Notes under the pieces: generated by a model
What the model saw: only the letters and a program-made list of their open reading frames with translations
Database searches by the model: none
Told to the model about the DNA's origin: nothing
Made by a program: the position numbers and the translations under genes
Shown here: piece after piece, positions 1-6,000 of the stretch
Layout of the letters: every line of letters starts with the position of its first letter
How positions within the stretch are numbered: position 1 is the stretch's first letter
IMG/VR virus record: IMGVR_UViG_3300005683_000076
DNA: 20,000 bases
Origin: an uncultured virus (IMG/VR IMGVR_UViG_3300005683_000076)
Lineage: Duplodnaviria; Heunggongvirae; Uroviricota; Caudoviricetes
Direction: 5' to 3' (one strand)

Positions 1-2
1 GG

Positions 3-3000
3 GTAAGTAGACTCACCGAAGACAAACTCCCCAGCGGTTTTGATCGGACCAAGAGCCTGTACTACTCGGTTGACTGGAGCTTTCACGCCTTCAGCTATCT
101 TATCTATTACCGTAGCCCTGCCGTCTCTCACTTCACTAATATCTGAAACTATATCTCCCGCATCAAACCAGTCCATCGCATCCCGCAAAGCCGTATCCGC
201 CTGAAACACCCTAGCCGTCCCATCCGGATTAGTGCCCACGATCAGGTGTGGACGCTTGCCTACGTCTGTCTTCATTAGCTGGTCTTCAAGATCAGGGAAT
301 ACCAAGTGATTCCACGCATTGATCGCAGCTGTAATGGCCATTAATTGGGCAGCACGTTTAGTTCCTACCAGTGCTACCTTACCAGCCACCTTCGTGCCTG
401 CCATTCCAGCAAGACGCGACTTACCACCTGCTTCATTCGGTATGTTAGCTATCATACGTACGTACCTGGGAGCGTTGATCTCACAGTTTCCTGTAATCAT
501 TACCTTTCCGTCCTGCCGCATGATCCACGTACTGTTGGCTGTCTTAGGGCACCACACCTGTCCGGTGTACTGCTCTTCAGTTCTCTGCCACTTGTGTACG
601 GAAATCTTATCCCTCCCTTTAACATACAACGCTGCGTGACCGGTTCCGCCCCTCTTATCGCGGATGTGGCCAGCCTTACCTAGCATGTAGCACAGGATCT
701 GGAACCCGTCCAGAACTGGTCCGCGGTTTTGCGGAAACTGTGTGGCTCCATTAGCTGAAGATCCTTCTGCCCGCATCATTGCGTCGTACATCGCCCGACA
801 CTCAGCCTGCCCCAATCTAGTGATGACTGACGGGAGATCTTCCTTTGTCTGGAAGACACTTCTGATTTTAGATATCTTCGGAGCAGACAACCTGAAACAA
901 ATTACCCCTGTCTGCGGGTGTACTGACTCAGAACTAATGTAGTCCTTAAATGTGTCGCGGATCCACTGAACCTCACCAGGCTTTTTCTGGTACAGCACTG
1001 CCTCGAACGAGTTAGGTGATTCTTTTCTAGTTCGAAAGTACCCGTCTGTAACTAAGAATCCTAGCAATGCCGCCTCAGTTTCATTGAGCACACTGCCGGT
1101 TGAGAACTCGTGCGGAGCTACAACAGGTAATTTGTGATGAGATTTGAGATCTTTGGCCAGAACAACTTTTCTCTTGTCCTTATATTGTTCGATGACCACG
1201 CAGCGGTGATCGGGAGTAAACTGGTACTTATGGCCAAAAGAATTATTCAGCGTTACCAGCGGCCCATCATAATCTAGCACGGCTTTATCTTGTACCGGCT
1301 GCCATTCCGTTGTCCGGGTCTCGATGTTGTAAGTTAACACTTCCTCTCCAAGAGCCAGCTCATCGTGGGCCTTCCACCCATCCCTAGTCAGGATCTCCGT
1401 GGTCGTAGGAACACACCACGAGTAGAAGGGCATCATATGTTTACGTATAGCTCTACCCGCCTCAGATATACCGCCGTAGTCGCCTACCAGTTCTCTAGCT
1501 ATCTTTGCAGCCTGCCTTCCTGGATTACCAGCAAGAGCATCCACCTGTCCGCGATTTGACGCACCATAGATAACATCCCCGTTAGCCAACCGTTGCTTGA
1601 TGTGCCTGTAAGCGGCCAGCCGGATCCAGTTCTCTCTGGCATTAGAGCTGTTCTTCATGGCATCCCACACCTTGTTCAGTCCTCGACTGAGAACATTGGT
1701 GTCTGAATCCGCAAAGATCTTAAACACACCGAGCTTACTGATGTCCGGGATCTCAGCAAATGTCTGGCCGGAATCCATCACGCCGTCCTTGATCGCCTGC
1801 TCGATCTCTGCAGCGGCCGCATGGTTCTTATCCCTACTGTACTTGTAGATGTCTTTAATAGCGGCCGGCAGCTCCTTTATAATTCCCGGGTACGCCATTG
1901 CAGCATCAAGGTCAGAGATGAAGTTTCTGATATTGTAAGACAGGTAGTTCTTCGGGTTGATCAGTGCCCACTGCTTCCACGAGGCCATAGCACTAGCCGT
2001 GGTCTGCTTGATAGCATTCTCGTGAGGCTGTACCTCGAAGTTGTCCATCAACTTAGCGACACCACTAGGAAGTACCCACTCAGGTTTCTTCTGCCCGCGT
2101 GCCAACGCTTCCCTCAACTCAGCCTCAGCTGTACTGAGAGTGTGCTTTCCGGAAAAGATGTCAGTCAGAAGTTCATCCGGAGCAGACATCACCTTATAGA
2201 AATAACTACCTTCCTGTGGCTGCCAGATCCTGTGAGTGCTCTTATCGACCAGCGTGTGCCAGTCGACGCCTTGTATCTTAGCCTGCAGCTTTAGATCGTC
2301 AGATATATCTACTGCACGTTTGATCTCTTGCAACAACTCGTACTTGCGTATCTGGGCGTGTGCCTGGGAGAGCCACTCCACCTCAGCTTCTACGTAGTTG
2401 GTGTTATAATCATCCCCATCACCGGTACGCTTCTTTTCAAATCCTTTCTTTCGTACACGCAGGTCACGATTGCCCATGCTCAGGAATAGGTTGTTCTCTC
2501 CTCCCTGCGGCACTTGTCGGTGGAAGTAGCTGTCGTTATTAAGGGCCTGCTCTCCGAGCATGTCGATCTTCACCAGATCACCGACCGTCTTTCTACGCAA
2601 CGCCTCCCTGTCCGCAAGAGCTTTAGAGATGGCCGGGTCTGCTTTAGCTGCATCCTCGTATTCCTTCAAAGACTTCTCTACGTCAGCAAGATCAATGTAC
2701 CCGTGACCGGGCTTCATTCCCTGCTCCACGGCCTTCTTCTTGTCCCGCAAGATAAGCACATTCTCGAACACGTCGTACTGTTCCCGGCTTAGAGGTTTGA
2801 TAATTCGAGCTACGTCATTGGTAGCTTGGGTCTTAGCCCAGCTGTTCAAGCTTGAGAGCAGCCGGAAAGAGTCCGCGGTTCTGGCCATCTGCACACTCTC
2901 GTTCGGATCGATCTCCTTGAACTGCCGCTTGAACTCTCGATAGATGTTGACTATCCGGTCCGCGATCTTCTGAGGGCTGGTCTCCACGTCCATGCCTCTG

Positions 3001-6000
3001 GCCTTTGCCATCCTCTCGGCAGCCACAGGGTTGGGGTTGGTGGCTAGAGGAGTACCAGTAGATTTCCGCGGCTTCCAGAATGCAGCCAGCTGCGGGAAGT
3101 TCTCATCGGTAAATGCCGACACTTCGTCCACGGCCTTCTTATCGAAGACTCTCTTGTCCTTCAGGGCCTGGGCGAACTGGATGCGACTGACGTCGATGTC
3201 CTCACCCTTGAAGATCACGTGGTTGTGGGTTTGTTTCTTAGGGTATTTGACTGTGAAGTCGGCAGTATTCAGGGCCTGAAGTTCCGTGAGTTTTTGCTTG
3301 TCCCACTCACCAGTAAGGGTCTTGTACGCCCAGTTAATAGCTTCTGTTTTTGCAGCTTCAATATCTACAGGCTTACCATTATTTATCTGGTTCTCTATGT
3401 TTGCAGCTACCCACGCAATAGCAGATTCTTTTGGAGTTACCTGGCCGCTGAACCTGGTAGGCTTTCCTGAGTACAAAACCTCTGGAGGTTTCCTACTGTT
3501 CTGGTCCAGGAACTTCAGACCCTTAATGCCTTTATCCTTCAGAAACTCACTGGCCAGTACATCTCCTCCACCTTTCTTCGACAGGAGTCCAAGCTGAGTG
3601 GTGCGGTCAAACTCTCGAGACATTCTCTTGTAGAGTTGTTCTCCGGTCCTGCTAACAGGATCATTCACACTGGGGTTGTCAGCGTCGTAGAAGTCATAGC
3701 CTCGACTATTATCAAACTCTCTGGCAATGTCTTGAATGTGCTCACCCTGGTCCTTGATTTGCCTGTCCAGGTGCAACAGGTCTTCATCCTTTACGTTTGT
3801 CTTGATGTGGTAGAGGTAGCCTGGGTGTGGCTCCGGCATCTCGATATCAAACTTGTCTGGATCTAATTGTTGGTAAGCCTCCACTACTTTTCTGTAGTAT
3901 TGCAATTTCAGCTTTGTGATCGCCATCCCGGGAGTAAGCTGGCCGGCCTTGTCTGCTTCTTCAAACCTGGCAATCTCCGTCTCGTACCAGTCGATCTGAT
4001 TTTGTATTGCCTCCTTAGCGTCTACCCGATTGTTATCCATCGCGGTAAACGTGCCCATTATGGCACCATTACGTAGGCTATCTGCGTCTGACGCTCCGGA
4101 AGCTTTGGCGTTATAGTCGAACTCCTTGCCGTCGTAGAGGAATCTTGGATTTGCATTGTCATGTATCCCAGCCTGCCTGTAAGTGCTAGCAACTCCGTGT
4201 GTCTCCGCAGCGTAATGCCCGTATCCGCGGAACTGTGAACCCTCACCTGTGTTGATCTTATCGTCACGGATGCGGCCGAGTGGGTACTTCTCGATCACCT
4301 TGTAACCTTCTGGGATCTGTGGGAGCCAGGAGTCTACGGAATGGAGCTCGCGCCCTGCCCTCTTAGAAGGGATTGCAAAGTCCTCAGGCTTTAAAGACTT
4401 GATAAACTCCACTGCACGGTTTTGGCTTATGTAATCATGTAGTGGAGCGTGAGTATTATTGTCTCTCCAGTGTTCCGCTGTTTTGAGTTGCTGAGACAGG
4501 GAGTCAGCAATAGATTTTGGTCGTTTAGGGTGTGTGACTTGCTGTTCGATAGCCTGTAGAATTTTCTGCTCTCCAATGGAGATCTCTTGGTCGGAATCAT
4601 ACAACCCCTTGCCACGGAATTTCATACCCTTTTCAGGTTTAGTCCGGACAATAATGTTCTCCCCTCTTCTGGACACACGCGTACCCACAGGGAACTTCTT
4701 CTGTTCTCCTTCAATGTACTTCCTCTCACCGTTAGGGCCTTCAACTAAGACTTCAGGTTTGAATAAGTGACGAGATCCGTGCTTGAGTTGGGCGAACTGA
4801 GGATCAATACTTCCGCCACTAGCTCTCCGCTTATTGAACTCAAGGATCGGACCGTACTTGTTACGCAGAGCTTCGATCTTCTTCTGGAACAGGGCCGAGC
4901 CAGAGCTCTGCATGTTAATTGCATCCTGTTCGTACCGCTTAAGTACTCCCTCCACGGCTTTGAACTGATCGCCGCCGGCATCTTTGTAAGCCTGACGTAC
5001 GTCCCTGTCCACTATTTCGTCGACAGTCTTGTCGGCAGCGGGGCGTGTATCAGACAGTTCGGCAAGCCTTTGTCGTTGTTTCCAGGCTTCGATGTTCGGA
5101 TCAGGTTTAGCAGGAGGTTGCCACTCTTTGATACCCAGCTTTTTATTGATAGCCTGAACATTCTTCAGATGTGCCTCTCTGGACTGTACGCTCCAGGGAT
5201 CTTCCTTGGCGACAGGAGTGCTAGGTTCTTTTGCTTTAGGAGTGGACTCTTTAGGTGCTTTGGTCTTGACCTGTTTAGCAACCTGGTGAGTATTGTAGGC
5301 CGTGTTCGCTTCAGCAATATCCTGAAGGTACATGCCATTATCCAGGAGGACAGACTCGTAGTCTCTAATAGCTGCGTCAACGTCAGTGCCAAACCGATGG
5401 TCCTCGCCTATGACGGAGTCAAGCTGTTCTCTGGTGACTTGGCCGCTTCTTTTTAATTGGTCTAGCTCCTTAAGCTTCTCGGTAATGAGGGCATTGTTGT
5501 GCTCGGCCATGGCCCTGACCACAGCTACACTTTCATCTGTTGGAAATACCTGCTGGCCCTGTACCCAAATCTTACCGTCCTCAAGCACACTTCCACGCTC
5601 GACAGCATTCGGATTCGGGACATACTTGCCGGTCTTCTTCGGAGCGGCAGGAGCAGCCGTGACCTCTTCAAAGATCTCCTGGTTGCGTGCTTCGGCCCCG
5701 GCCTTGACCGCGGTCTCCGGGACATCTACCCAGGCACGCTTGTCACCTAACGGTAACTCAGCTCCTGTCTCCAGGGCATCCTTCAGATCGAAGATGGCTC
5801 CACGTGGACTACGCCCATAGGAGTGCTCAGGGTTCCCTAGGATCTCCCCGATCTGCTCCCTAGTAGGAGCGCCCTTAGCCTGGAGCTCTTCTAGTTCCTG
5901 GATTGCCCGAGCAGCACGCCTTTCAAGTTCGGTCCGGTCGGTGACTTGGGAGAACCTTGGCTCGATAGGGCCTTCTCCACCTGGTCCAGTACCTGATCCT

